Origin: an uncultured archaeon
Lineage (GTDB): Archaea > Asgardarchaeota > Thorarchaeia > Thorarchaeales > Thorarchaeaceae
Assembly: GCA_964558645.1 (NCBI GenBank)
Contig: CAZLEV010000016.1
Span: forward strand, 1 to 59,646
Reading direction: 5' to 3'
DNA length: 59,646 nucleotides
The position numbers and the translations under genes are program-made. The notes below the pieces were generated by a model. The model had not been told where the DNA came from, made no database searches, and worked only from the letters and a program-made list of their open reading frames with translations. Shown piece by piece: positions 39,326-49,873 of the stretch (position 1 is the first letter of the stretch; every line of letters begins with the position of its first letter).

Positions 39326-40453
39326 CTAAATCGCGTAGTCGATAGATGTCTTCTTCTTCAGCTTGTTTAGTATGTCCATAACTATTTCCCTGGAAATCCT
39401 GTCTAAGCCCTCAGAGATTGCCACATGCAATGACTCCTTGAGAAGTCGATCACGGAGGTCGCGCCCTGAGAAACCATCCGTCAGAGCTGCAAGTTGGTGG
39501 ATGTCCATTTCCATCTTGATGGGAAGGCGCGATGAATAGAGTTGAAGAATATCTAGTCTATCTGATTCGTTTGGAAGACCAAACTCAAATACAGTATCAA
39601 ACCTACTTCTGAGCGCAGAATCAATCATATTGACTGCATTCGTCGCTCCGATAGTAATGACACCGGACTCTTCAACTGTCTGATCCATCTCGCCAAGTAG
39701 TGCAGTCACTACCTCGGAAACGTCTCCCCTTATGGACTGAAAAGACCGTGCAAGACCTATCGCATCTAATTCGTCGATGAAGATTACGCTAGGAGCAGAT
39801 TCTCTTGCACTCTCAAACAAGGTGGCGATTCTTCTGCCACCATCACCAACATGTACGCCAATCAGGTCAGATGCTTTCGCGATGAATATCTCAGCCTCGG
39901 CCTCATTTGCGACTGCCCTCGCAGTCAAGGTCTTTCCAGTACCCGGTGCACCATGGAATAAAACGGCACGCGGGGCCCATTCGCCGAACTGGTGTGGTGC
40001 TTCTAAATACTTGAGGAGAAGTCTGCATTTGCGCTTTGCGTCTTCATGACCAATGATGTCGTCCAGTCGAGGTTTAGAGTATAGTGAGGGCGGGCTAGTT
40101 TCTTCTTTTTCTAGACGTACCTCTGTGCTCTTTGCAACTATCGAGTCATTGGGAATCACTTGTTTAGCTTGGAAAGCGAAATCGGGCATTACGTATCTAT
40201 CAAAGAGAAACATTCCTTCGTGTACGATAAGGCCTAACCATTGCTCTCTTGCATAGTCTGAGAAGAGCTCAGTGCTTTCGGTTTCTACTCCAATGGCCTT
40301 TGGATCTCCCTTTAATCTGAAAGGGTAACCGACTGGCTGCAAGACAAGTAGTTGAGTGTTTGGAACATCCCTTCCACGGCGTCGACTAGGCTTCTTGGAC
40401 GATTCGCGAGATGAAGCAGGGAGATCAACTGGTGAGTCTTTTCGCCTTGTCAA
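39326..40453 (-). CDS. Archaeal AAA+ ATPase (COG1223-like)
   Basis: FGEWAPRAVLFHGAPGTGKT, FIDELDAI, IGATN and ALRSRF motifs. Confidence 0.9.
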   Translation of the reverse strand: MTRRKDSPVDLPASSRESSKKPSRRRGRDVPNTQLLVLQPVGYPFRLKGDPKAIGVETESTELFSDYAREQWLGLIVHEGMFLFDRYVMPDFAFQAKQVIPNDSIVAKSTEVRLEKEETSPPSLYSKPRLDDIIGHEDAKRKCRLLLKYLEAPHQFGEWAPRAVLFHGAPGTGKTLTARAVANEAEAEIFIAKASDLIGVHVGDGGRRIATLFESARESAPSVIFIDELDAIGLARSFQSIRGDVSEVVTALLGEMDQTVEESGVITIGATNAVNMIDSALRSRFDTVFEFGLPNESDRLDILQLYSSRLPIKMEMDIHQLAALTDGFSGRDLRDRLLKESLHVAISEGLDRISREIVMDILNKLKKKTSIDYAI

Positions 40454-40576
40454 TTGATTCCTATCACCAAGTCTTTCATTAGCACTGATGCTTTAAGAGT
40501 TCCTTTCTGTCCAGCTCCATTTTGTCAGCAAAGATTGAATAGTTGGGTTTTGGATAGCACCTATGGATGAGCGAAA

Positions 40577-41152
40577 TTGACAGAAAAAATAAGGGCGTTT
40601 CTGAGCATTGACATTGATGATGATTCACTCCTTGACAGGATTACTCGAGTTCAATCGCACCTAGATGTCAACTCTGCTCGTGTGAAGATGGTGGAGAGAG
40701 AGAACATCCATTTCACCTTACGGTTTCTAGGTGATACTAGCATGAAGAAGATTGAGGAGGTTAGGGACAAGCTTTCATCCATTAATATGCCTCCCTTTGA
40801 AATTGAGGTTTCCGGGGTGGGAACCTTTCCAAGAATAACACGCCCGAGTGTTATCTGGGTGGGCGTCACCAAAAACGGAGAGAAGATGATAGATCTGAAG
40901 AAGAGAATTGATGAGGGACTAAGAGGAGCGGGATACGGTGAGGATAGAAAATTCACACCTCATGCAACAATTGCCCGCGTCAAGAGTGTACAAAATCGGC
41001 GGCCACTAATAGAGGCCATCGAGAATCTATCAGACGAAGAGATAGGTCTAATGACTGTTGAGTCGTATTGCATGACAAAGAGTACACTCACCCCCAGAGG
41101 GCCAGTGTATGAAACCGTATGGAAACTGCCGTTGACTGAAAATGGCAGATGA
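40577..41152 (+). CDS. thpR: RNA 2',3'-cyclic phosphodiesterase (2H family)
   Basis: HFTLRFLG and PHATIARV 2H motifs, plus STLTPRGPVY. Confidence 0.93.
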   Translation: MTEKIRAFLSIDIDDDSLLDRITRVQSHLDVNSARVKMVERENIHFTLRFLGDTSMKKIEEVRDKLSSINMPPFEIEVSGVGTFPRITRPSVIWVGVTKNGEKMIDLKKRIDEGLRGAGYGEDRKFTPHATIARVKSVQNRRPLIEAIENLSDEEIGLMTVESYCMTKSTLTPRGPVYETVWKLPLTENGR

Positions 41153-41161
41153 ATTATAGAA

Positions 41162-41300
41162 TGGTGGGCCGGGGGCGATTTTCAACACGCTGGAAAATCC
41201 AACATGTACTTGAACGCCCGATCTCTTGCATTTTGTGACGCTTGGCCTCACGACCAGAATCACCCCAAGCAAGAATCATACCAAGCTAGACTACCGACCC
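41162..41300 (-). tRNA. tRNA-Pro(GGG) with two introns: 37/38 (41231-41262, 32 nt) and 59/60 (41179-41208, 30 nt); CCA encoded
   Basis: GGGTCGG/CCGGCCC-ACCA acceptor. CTTGC-TTGGGG|i|T-GCAAG anticodon arm. T-arm GGGCG-TTCAAG|i|T-CGCCC with a perfect BHB (TTCA/TGAA). Confidence 0.9.
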
Positions 41301-41468
41301 ATGAGTGTGGTCAGCCTATCTCACACATAAGATAAAGGTTATCACTGAACTAAAGCACTTAGAACACGTGTTCTAAATCTCTAGTCAAGTACATCTGTCC
41401 GTCACCTAGACTTATGAGCAGCAATACAGTTACTTCTTGAGTATAAAGCAATCAAGGAATAGAGTTCC

Positions 41469-42524
41469 ATGCAGACTGACCTCTTCTATCATGAGAGATT
41501 CCTAAAACACTCCATGTCGCCGGGTCATCCAGAACGTCCTGAACGACTACGCTACACGCTAAATCTGCTTAGACAGAAAGGGCTGCTTGATGAATGCGGT
41601 CTCCAAATCGTCACTCCGGAGCAGGCTGAGCCCGAAGACATCTACCCTATTCATAGTCATGAGTATCTTTCGATGCTCAAGGAAAAGTCCGAACTTGGTG
41701 GAGGATATTTCACGTTGGATACGCTGGCAAACGAGCATACCTATGCTGCAGCAATGCTTGCTGCTGGCGCTTCAACGATAGGTGTTGACCGCATAATGCA
41801 AGAAGCCAGTCAGAATGGTCTTGTTCTCTGTAGGCCCCCGGGGCACCATGCAGAATTCGAAAGAGCCTTCGGCTTCTGTTTTATCAATAATATAGCCGTC
41901 GCAGCAATGCGTCTCATTCAAAAGTGGAATCTTAGCCGAGTGATGATAATCGACTATGACGCACATCACGGGAATGGTACACAGAATGCGTTCTACTCTA
42001 CAGACAGAGTTCTTTATGTTGGGCTTCATCAACATGGGCGTACTCTCTTTCCCGGTTCTGGATTCAGTGATGAGTTAGGAGTTGACAAGGGGGAGGGCTA
42101 TACCGTGAATCTGCCTTTAGTTCCTGGTTCGGGAGATCCATCGTATAGCTTGTTGGTTGATGAAATCATCGAGCCTTTAGCGGGGAGTTATGAACCCGAG
42201 TTTGTTCTTGTTTCTGCAGGTTTCGACGCTCATCATCAGGATCCTCTAACGAATCTGGGCATCACTCTTGCGGGGCTTGCGCTATTCAATCGACGGATTC
42301 AGGCCATCTCTAAGAGATTCAGTCAAGGACGGTGTCTGTATTTCTTGGAGGGTGGTTACGAACTCGAGGTTCTGGGCAATGGTATTCTTAATGTGCTTCA
42401 GGAACTATTGGGATTGGAAGTCACAGTATACGAGGACCTTGGACAGGAGCCAAGACGCTGCACAGAGGAAACACTCAATCTTGTGAGGACAATCAAAGAA
42501 CATCTGAGAGGTAAGCTACTGTAG
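41469..42524 (+). CDS. Zn-dependent histone deacetylase family protein
   Basis: HPERPERL, RPPGHHA, GFCFINN, DYDAHHGNGT, SAGFDAH and LEGGY motifs. Confidence 0.95.
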   Translation: MQTDLFYHERFLKHSMSPGHPERPERLRYTLNLLRQKGLLDECGLQIVTPEQAEPEDIYPIHSHEYLSMLKEKSELGGGYFTLDTLANEHTYAAAMLAAGASTIGVDRIMQEASQNGLVLCRPPGHHAEFERAFGFCFINNIAVAAMRLIQKWNLSRVMIIDYDAHHGNGTQNAFYSTDRVLYVGLHQHGRTLFPGSGFSDELGVDKGEGYTVNLPLVPGSGDPSYSLLVDEIIEPLAGSYEPEFVLVSAGFDAHHQDPLTNLGITLAGLALFNRRIQAISKRFSQGRCLYFLEGGYELEVLGNGILNVLQELLGLEVTVYEDLGQEPRRCTEETLNLVRTIKEHLRGKLL

Positions 42525-42525
42525 A

Positions 42526-44763
42526 TTAGAAGTCGTCGAGTAGGGTCTGAACACCGGGTTTGCCTTGGGTTTCTTCTTGGCCCTCTGTCAAAGGTGGGAG
42601 TTCGTTGACCTCGATACCCAACTGCTTCTTTATGGATTGCGCAATTGTTGAACCAATGGAGGGGACGCGGGCTATAGCCTCAATGGGTGCGCTATATAGT
42701 TCCTTGAAGTCTTTGTAACCATGGTTGTAGAGCATTCGACCTCTAACACGTCCTATTCCTCGTAGTTTTACAAGTTCGAGAAGGGACTCCCCTACCCCGT
42801 ATTTTAGTCTGGAACGTAGTCGGCGTAGAACGGGTACCAGATTGCCTGCACCAATTACTCGAGATATTTCACTTGTTGAGTACATCAACCATTCTGCTGT
42901 ACGTACGTATCTGTGTACATCACCCATACCAACCCGATATTCATCCGTAATGTCCCGTTCCGCACGCTCAGATATCCAATCATCTAACAATCGGGCAGTC
43001 TTTATTTCGGCCAGAAACTGGGAGTATGCTCGGGGGTCTTCCCAAGGATCGGGGGGCTCAAAGAGAAGGTTCTCTGAGATCTCTTGGAGAAAGAACTCAT
43101 AGTTTTCAGCCTCAGATTGACTCACATAGGTCAAAGACTGGTCCGGTGTATGGCAGAGGAGATGTAATAGGGAAAATGGAGCGGGATTCTCGATGTCTGG
43201 CAATATGTCTTTCAGTAAGACTGCGGTTTCTGGATCTATGTAGAGTTGTGAGGTTCTATGGCCAAGCGCTGTTGCGTTGTATCTGTTATTCCCCTTGCGA
43301 TCTACTAGAAGCCCCTCCTCTAGAAATGTCAATGCAGAGTCAACATAGGCGTCAATATCGCTACTTCTGAATTGAACAGAGAAGAAAGTGCCCTCAATAA
43401 GAGCGTCGATATCGCTTCTGCTGTGGGTCATACACGCAGATATTGAGGAAAGAAGATGAAACCGCAGAGCTCTTTCTGATGCAAGTTTGGAGGAAACGTC
43501 CTCAGGCTCCGAAAGGACGTAGTTGTCATAGAGCTGTTCATATTCCTCGAAGGTTTTGGCGACCAGAAGGGCCTCCCCGTAATCATCATATTTGGGGCGG
43601 CCGGCGCGCCCAGCCATCTGTTTGTACTCAAGGATAGGGATAGGATAGCTGCCTCGCCCATATTCGAATCTACGATAGTCCCGTATGATGGTACGTCTTG
43701 CAGGGAGATTGACACCTGCCGCCAGTGTCGGAGTTGCAATAATCACTTTCAGCAAGTTGTTTCTGAAAGCATCCTCAATCTTCGTACGTTCGTTGTTCGT
43801 CAAGCCTGCATGATGAAACGCAACGCCATTTCCCATGACTCGGGCAAGTGTTCGGATTGTTTCGGGGACAGAGGGCTTCTGCAATATCGTCTTGCGAATG
43901 TCAGCCAGTGTTGCTGTTTCATTTCTATCCAGAAAGGGACGGACAGAGGAAGCCACCCTCTTAGCCACTGCAATAGTCGAACGACGACTTGATACGAAAA
44001 CCAGCACCTGTCCTCCCTCTTCAAGAGTGTCAGCTATGAGATCATTGATGGGGTATTCCCGCCTTCGCTTAATTTCCTGGGTATCACCATCATCAAACCG
44101 GATGGAGTCGTCAAGAAACACTCCTTCACGAAGGGGTACAGGTCTCCAGTTGCTCTTCACAAGTTGTGCTCCGAGCCACCCGGCTATTTCCTCCGAGTTG
44201 GATATCGTTGCACTTAGAGCGATGATCTGAGTATGCGGCGACATCTGCCTTATTTTAGCCATAACCATCTCGAGCGTAGGACCTCTTGAAGAGTCATTGA
44301 CAAGATGTATTTCGTCTGCAATCACAATGCAAATCTCTGAAAGCCATGAGGTCTGATGTCTAATCAATGAGTCAGCACGTTCTGTTGTGAGAATCACGAT
44401 GTCTGCATCTTCCAGACGAGTTCCGGGAGAGTCATAGTCTCCAACTGACATTGCTGTTCTGATGCCCAACGAATTGTATTTTTGAAATTCCAAGTATTTC
44501 TCTCTAGCAAGTGATTTTAGAGGCACGAGATAGAGAGCTTTGCCCAAGCCCTCAGATATCGCCTTTAGAATCGCCACCTCGGCAACAAGTGTCTTTCCGG
44601 AGCTGGTTGGGATAGCTAGTACCAAGTTGCATCCGTCTAAAACACCAGTCTTGAAAGCTTCAGCTTGTGGTGGAAAGAGCTTGGAAATGCCGTTCTTTCC
44701 CAGAATCTCCAGAATCTTTTCATTCAGTGGCAAATCTCTGACTTGCGTTAGGTTCCACTCCAA
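42526..44763 (-). CDS. hel308: Hel308/Hjm Ski2-like DNA helicase
   Basis: PTSSGKT, DEIH, LSAT, TPTLAAGVNLPA and QMAGRAGRP motifs, with a C-terminal HhH (GIGRVRGRMLY). Confidence 0.95.
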   Translation of the reverse strand: MEWNLTQVRDLPLNEKILEILGKNGISKLFPPQAEAFKTGVLDGCNLVLAIPTSSGKTLVAEVAILKAISEGLGKALYLVPLKSLAREKYLEFQKYNSLGIRTAMSVGDYDSPGTRLEDADIVILTTERADSLIRHQTSWLSEICIVIADEIHLVNDSSRGPTLEMVMAKIRQMSPHTQIIALSATISNSEEIAGWLGAQLVKSNWRPVPLREGVFLDDSIRFDDGDTQEIKRRREYPINDLIADTLEEGGQVLVFVSSRRSTIAVAKRVASSVRPFLDRNETATLADIRKTILQKPSVPETIRTLARVMGNGVAFHHAGLTNNERTKIEDAFRNNLLKVIIATPTLAAGVNLPARRTIIRDYRRFEYGRGSYPIPILEYKQMAGRAGRPKYDDYGEALLVAKTFEEYEQLYDNYVLSEPEDVSSKLASERALRFHLLSSISACMTHSRSDIDALIEGTFFSVQFRSSDIDAYVDSALTFLEEGLLVDRKGNNRYNATALGHRTSQLYIDPETAVLLKDILPDIENPAPFSLLHLLCHTPDQSLTYVSQSEAENYEFFLQEISENLLFEPPDPWEDPRAYSQFLAEIKTARLLDDWISERAERDITDEYRVGMGDVHRYVRTAEWLMYSTSEISRVIGAGNLVPVLRRLRSRLKYGVGESLLELVKLRGIGRVRGRMLYNHGYKDFKELYSAPIEAIARVPSIGSTIAQSIKKQLGIEVNELPPLTEGQEETQGKPGVQTLLDDF

Positions 44764-44771
44764 ATTGCAAA

Positions 44772-46844
44772 TTAGCTCTGTGCACGTCTTATTTTGCCTT
44801 CACGTGGATTGAAGAGAATACCTTGAGCAAGGAGCTTGCGTATAACCTCTTGTGCTCTCTCTTTTGCAAGACCCATGTTAGCCACTCTTTCAAATAGTGC
44901 ATCTTCGCTCACGGTAGAAGACCCCTCTGCTTCAAGGTCCTTCATGGCCTTGATGATGATGTCTGATGAGCTTCTCTGCGAGGCACTCATAGTTGAAACA
45001 ACGCTGTCGATATCTATTTTTCCCGTTGTCCTGTCGAGAGCAACCATTCGGAGGGACTCCTCCATGAGGCGAACAGCTGCCTGAGCGTCTTCTTTAGTCA
45101 CCCTTGATTTCAGCGCCATTTTCGCGCGGGCTTCAGCAAGACGAACAAGAGCCTCAAGCTGCCTTGCCGTTATGGGAACGGGTGCTGCCCCGCCCTCAGC
45201 CCCCTTTCGAAGACCTACATAGAAAATCTCAATCACTTCGGCAGCTTCGGGGGTAAGTCGCGGAATGACATATCTATTAGCAAAACCAATGTACTTCTTC
45301 AGAAAAGCTGCTCTAATAGGCGACATATCGCCCTCAACGGGTGTCTTCATTCTCTGATGCATTCCAAGAATGAATCGGGCCAGTTCCCTATCCTTTGCTT
45401 CCTCGACCGTGTCAACTAATATCCAAATGAGATCGAATCGAGAAAGAATTGTAAAAGGAAGTTTGATGTTATCCTGCACCGAGTTGGATGGTTCGTATCT
45501 CCCAAGTGTGGGATTAGCTGCGGCAAGTATTGATGTTCTTGCATTCAGCGTAGCAACAATTCCGGCCTTTGCAATGCTCACGGTATGTTGTTCCATCGCT
45601 TCATGAATCGCAGTTCGGTCATTAGGATCCATCTTGTCAAACTCGTCAATGCATGCAATGCCCTGATCTGCAAGAACAAGGGCTCCAGCCTCCAATGTCA
45701 TTGTCCCCGTATCGGTGTCGTGCATGACAGCGGCTGTGAGACCAGCTGCAGTGGTTCCCTTGCCAGATGTATAGAGAGCACGGGATGCTAGACTCGCCAC
45801 AAATTTCAGAATCTGGCTTTTCCCTGTTCCAGGATCGCCAATCATGAGTATGTTGGATCGGCCCCTTAACCTTGTTCCATCGGGAAGAGTCTTGCCAACA
45901 CCCCCAAAGAGCAGCAGAGCGATAGATTCTTTGATTAAATCATGCCCTTTAATCGAGGGTGCAATTGAAGAGTATATTCTCTCATGAACATATGGATCTT
46001 CTGCAAGCCTGTGAATCTCCTTTTCGTCTTCCTCGGATATTTCTATCTGTTCATACTCCTTTTCTGTTATCTCAACACCGTTGGCTTGGATGAATATCCT
46101 AAAAGTCGCTAGCCTCCCACCCCGTCTGGAAAAGTCAGGAGACGTCTTTAAGATACCTGTTATCTTCACCATGTCTCCCGGGCGAGAAGTGTCGACAATG
46201 TCCCCTTCCAGGATTACATCGACTGAACGTGGCATCTGACCTGGCGGTAGTTCCTCAGGGCTTTCTTGTATTCGAACTTTCTGCCAGTCAATGAATGATG
46301 ATTCTTCTGGAATGAGCCGCATAGAGGTCTTCTTACCACATTGAGAGCATGTGAGGGGTTCTGTATAGCGCCCGTCAATCTGCTTCTGAGGTATCTTGGT
46401 TTCGCATTCTCTACATTGAAATATCGCAGTGACAAGAAGCGGTTTTACTTCGCTCGCCCGCATCATAATCCCGCTTATATGGATGAGTTTGCCGATGTGT
46501 ATTGATCGAAGAGCACGAAGAGGAACGTGATTTGTGTAGTTTGTAATTCTGATCTTGAATGGGGGTGGCGAATCGAAATGAGACACATAGTCGGGGTCTT
46601 CTCTTTTCAAGAGCGATATCAGTGCGTTGCTCGCCGTATTGAGAAACCCCTCAGGATCCTCTGCAGCTTCGGCCATGAATACATTGCTGAAACTGACAAG
46701 ATCTTGGAAATCCACAGAAATGGAGGTTTCATCGTTTAGCCCCATGCTTTGGATTCGGGTCCAATAGACTAAGTTGCCCTGCTCATTCTTGTAGGTGCGG
46801 AGGAATTCCTCGAATCTTTCTTGTGGATCTTCATCAAAAGTCAC
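44772..46844 (-). CDS. mcm: MCM replicative helicase
   Basis: C4 Zn finger. GDPGTGKSQ, IDEFDKM, LSRFD and TARQLE motifs. Confidence 0.98.
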   Translation of the reverse strand: MTFDEDPQERFEEFLRTYKNEQGNLVYWTRIQSMGLNDETSISVDFQDLVSFSNVFMAEAAEDPEGFLNTASNALISLLKREDPDYVSHFDSPPPFKIRITNYTNHVPLRALRSIHIGKLIHISGIMMRASEVKPLLVTAIFQCRECETKIPQKQIDGRYTEPLTCSQCGKKTSMRLIPEESSFIDWQKVRIQESPEELPPGQMPRSVDVILEGDIVDTSRPGDMVKITGILKTSPDFSRRGGRLATFRIFIQANGVEITEKEYEQIEISEEDEKEIHRLAEDPYVHERIYSSIAPSIKGHDLIKESIALLLFGGVGKTLPDGTRLRGRSNILMIGDPGTGKSQILKFVASLASRALYTSGKGTTAAGLTAAVMHDTDTGTMTLEAGALVLADQGIACIDEFDKMDPNDRTAIHEAMEQHTVSIAKAGIVATLNARTSILAAANPTLGRYEPSNSVQDNIKLPFTILSRFDLIWILVDTVEEAKDRELARFILGMHQRMKTPVEGDMSPIRAAFLKKYIGFANRYVIPRLTPEAAEVIEIFYVGLRKGAEGGAAPVPITARQLEALVRLAEARAKMALKSRVTKEDAQAAVRLMEESLRMVALDRTTGKIDIDSVVSTMSASQRSSSDIIIKAMKDLEAEGSSTVSEDALFERVANMGLAKERAQEVIRKLLAQGILFNPREGKIRRAQS

Positions 46845-46950
46845 TAAATCACGCCCCTAGGTTACTTGTATGTCAGCTGGTCGGGTTTCTGCTCAGAGCC
46901 CAGACCGATGTTCAGTTCGAACATATTTAAGCTCGTGTATTGACTGATAT

Positions 46951-47508
46951 TCATTCCGATACGGTTTCGCGCCAAACTGAGAGTATGTGGGTGAGTTTCC
47001 CACATAGCCATCGTTCTTCATTTGTCATATGCTTTCTCATATCTTTGTACATCCCGGATTTTGCAGCTCTGATTATACTAGATAGGCGGGTTTCTACAAG
47101 TAATGGTATCATGGTCTGAATTCGTTCGATTGTTTCATAGCTTCTAGAATCGAGCGAGGTTTTGTCGCTCTGGAGTCGGTTTAGTTTCTGTCGTAATGCG
47201 GCAAATAGCATGGGATGAAGTGTCTGGAGACTGTAGGGACTAGTCTTCTCTGCATTGTATATGTTTTGAAGCCTCCTTAAAGATTCGAAAGACTCCTCTG
47301 GCACTACCTCAACCAGCCCATGTTTGGAGAGAACATCAATTGTCCAGTTTGGAAGACTGATACGAGTATCGGATTGGAAGGGGCCATACTTCTGACCACC
47401 CACAATAACCTCTGGAACGTCTCGCAGGCAGATGCAGGTTCTTGTGTCATTGAGGAACTGCATTTGGAATTGCTGGATGATTGTAGCTGTTTCAGTAGTC
47501 AGTGCCAT
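46951..47508 (-). CDS. GINS subunit (Gins23/Psf2-Psf3-like)
   Basis: N-terminal beta domain YGPF...LPNWTIDVL and C-terminal RLSSII...MTNEERWL; adjacent to mcm. Confidence 0.75.
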   Translation of the reverse strand: MALTTETATIIQQFQMQFLNDTRTCICLRDVPEVIVGGQKYGPFQSDTRISLPNWTIDVLSKHGLVEVVPEESFESLRRLQNIYNAEKTSPYSLQTLHPMLFAALRQKLNRLQSDKTSLDSRSYETIERIQTMIPLLVETRLSSIIRAAKSGMYKDMRKHMTNEERWLCGKLTHILSVWRETVSE

Positions 47509-47696
47509 TTCGCCTCACCTTAGTCCAGTTTATCGTCCATTAGGGGCGTCATAAATGAATTTGAATGAAGAACTCGGTTCATGACTAATCGTGTTTTGTA
47601 GGAGAACCTATTAAGGTTCCAGTTTGTGGTTGCAAATAGCATGACATAGAAACACCAGTTTCATGTGTCCAGTGAAATGATGGATGGAAATCTAGA

Positions 47697-48647
47697 ATGG
47701 AGATAGACCTCTGGACCGAGAAATACAGACCACCCACGCTAGATAAGATAATCGGCCAAGAATCTGTTATTGAGAGCCTGAAGAAATTCGTGCAGACAAG
47801 GGCAGTTCCACATTGTCTATTCAGTGGCCCGCCCGGTACCAGCAAGACTACGGCAGCCATGGCTATGGCTCGCGATCTGTTTGGTGACTCATTCGACCGC
47901 AATTTCATGGAATTGAATGCCAGCGATGAAAGGGGCATCGATGTTGTTAGAAACCAAGTAAAGAACTTCGCACGTACTGTTCCGTCAGGAACCGCGCCGT
48001 TCAAGATTCTTGTCTTAGACGAGGCAGACCATCTCACAGCAGATGCACAACATGCTCTAAGACGAACAATGGAAGCTTATGCTATGTCCTGCAGGATGAT
48101 TCTGATATGTAATTACTCAAGTCGGATTATCCCCCCTATTCAGTCAAGATGTGCAGTGTTCAGGTTCTCTAGACTTCCTAATGATGATATAGCTGATCGA
48201 TTGAAATACATAGCAAAACATGAAACTGTTTCCATAGACAGCACAGGGATAGACGCAATACTGTACCTTGCTGATGGCGACATGCGAGCGGCAGTCAACT
48301 TGCTTCAAGCAGCATCCTCAACCGGTCAGACAATCTCTGAAGAAATAGTGTATAGTATCTCTGGACGAGCGAACCCAAAGCTAGTCAGGGATATGCTTGA
48401 CAAGGCTCTGTCGGGAGATCAAATGGGAGCCATCGAAATGCTTGAAGAGCTGATTTATAGCTCGGGAGTGTCGCCAGTGGATTTGGTGAGGCAGATTCAC
48501 CGAGAGTTGAAAAGCTTCGACCTTGCACCCCATAGGCTGGTGCGAATTCTTGAGAGAAATGCAGAAGCAGAATTCAGAGTGTCCGAGGGGGCAAATGGAG
48601 AAGTACAGATTACTGCATTACTAGCGTACCTTGGAATGGAGGATTGA
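47697..48647 (+). CDS. rfcS: Replication factor C small subunit
   Basis: WTEKYRP, GPPGTSKTT, ELNASDERGIDVVR, DEAD and QSRC motifs. Confidence 0.97.
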   Translation: MEIDLWTEKYRPPTLDKIIGQESVIESLKKFVQTRAVPHCLFSGPPGTSKTTAAMAMARDLFGDSFDRNFMELNASDERGIDVVRNQVKNFARTVPSGTAPFKILVLDEADHLTADAQHALRRTMEAYAMSCRMILICNYSSRIIPPIQSRCAVFRFSRLPNDDIADRLKYIAKHETVSIDSTGIDAILYLADGDMRAAVNLLQAASSTGQTISEEIVYSISGRANPKLVRDMLDKALSGDQMGAIEMLEELIYSSGVSPVDLVRQIHRELKSFDLAPHRLVRILERNAEAEFRVSEGANGEVQITALLAYLGMED

Positions 48648-49873
48648 ATTTGTCTTCTCACGAATCACTTCCTTGGCCGGAGAAATACAGACCAACTTCT
48701 ATTTCACAGGTAGTTGGAAACACCGGTTCTATAAACAGATTGAAGCTGTGGTTAGAGTCTTGGAAAGACCGAGTGCCTGATAGTAGGGCGGTTCTTCTTA
48801 TTGGTTCCCCTGGTGTGGGAAAGACGGCATCTGTGGGTGCTTTAGCTAATGACTTGGACGCCGAACTAGTGGAGTTCAATGCTAGTGACAAGCGCAATAA
48901 GGGTGCCATAGAAAGACAGGTCTGGAGAACAGCCACTCAGCAGACAATAGATGGGAGAATGAGAATCATCCTACTTGATGAGGTTGATGGGCTCTCCGGG
49001 ACTAGCGACAGAGGTGGAGTACGAGCCATCCTACAAGTTGTAGAGAAGACAGTCCATCCAATCGTGATGACGGCGAATGATCCGGATAGTCCAAGACTGA
49101 AAGACATCAAGAAACGTTTTGTGGTCTTAGAGTTTCGGGCTATCGAATCGAAGAACATGGTTGATGTGCTAAGAAGAATCTTGAAGGACTCCGGCCATCG
49201 CGTCGAACTAGAACATTTGATGACGATAGTTGAACAATCAGGTGGTGATTTGAGAGCAGCAATCTCGGATTTAGAGAAGGCCATCAAAGGAGGCCTCACG
49301 GAGAAGGAGATGGGACTTACTGCCCGTAATGAACGCCGAAAGATTGATACTGCAATCAGGAAGCTCTTTGCTACTACGGACCCCTCGGTCGCAAGAAGAG
49401 TAATATCGGAAACAGATTCGAATCATGACGAGATTTTATTATGGCTTGATGAGAATATGCATCATCATTTGAAGACAATGCAGGAACTCTCTTCGGGGAT
49501 GGATGCTCTCTCAATTGCCGATTTGAACTTGGGTAGAATAATGAAGCAACAGAATTGGAAGCTTCTGTCATATGTCTACGACTTTCTTTCTGTAGGTACG
49601 AGCACGAGTCGCACCCGGACAGCATTTCGTTCCGTTCATTATGACAGGCCAACTTGGCCGCTTCTTGTCTGGCGAGGGAGTAGAACTACAGATAAGAGAG
49701 CAAGGACAATGGCCAAACTGTCGCAAGTATCTGGAATCTCCCAACAACGTGTTGCTAAGATACATCAAGAGGTCATTGGAACAGTAGTCCAAAGAGAGCC
49801 GGCCATGAAGTCTGAGTTTGCAGGCTGGTTGAACGCTAGTAAAAGGGATGTCGATAAGATCGGACGTCATTAG
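48644..49873 (+). CDS. rfcL: Replication factor C large subunit
   Basis: PWPEKYRP, GSPGVGKT, EFNASDKR, DEVDG and WLDEN motifs. Confidence 0.93.
   Translation: MNLSSHESLPWPEKYRPTSISQVVGNTGSINRLKLWLESWKDRVPDSRAVLLIGSPGVGKTASVGALANDLDAELVEFNASDKRNKGAIERQVWRTATQQTIDGRMRIILLDEVDGLSGTSDRGGVRAILQVVEKTVHPIVMTANDPDSPRLKDIKKRFVVLEFRAIESKNMVDVLRRILKDSGHRVELEHLMTIVEQSGGDLRAAISDLEKAIKGGLTEKEMGLTARNERRKIDTAIRKLFATTDPSVARRVISETDSNHDEILLWLDENMHHHLKTMQELSSGMDALSIADLNLGRIMKQQNWKLLSYVYDFLSVGTSTSRTRTAFRSVHYDRPTWPLLVWRGSRTTDKRARTMAKLSQVSGISQQRVAKIHQEVIGTVVQREPAMKSEFAGWLNASKRDVDKIGRH

Noticed and set aside
47585-48037. 150-aa antisense ORF
   Set aside because: Shadow of rfcS. The same applies to the many other short antisense ORFs in the track.
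44772-49873. Inteins in MCM or RFC
   Set aside because: Protein lengths and motif spacing are normal, with no insertions.
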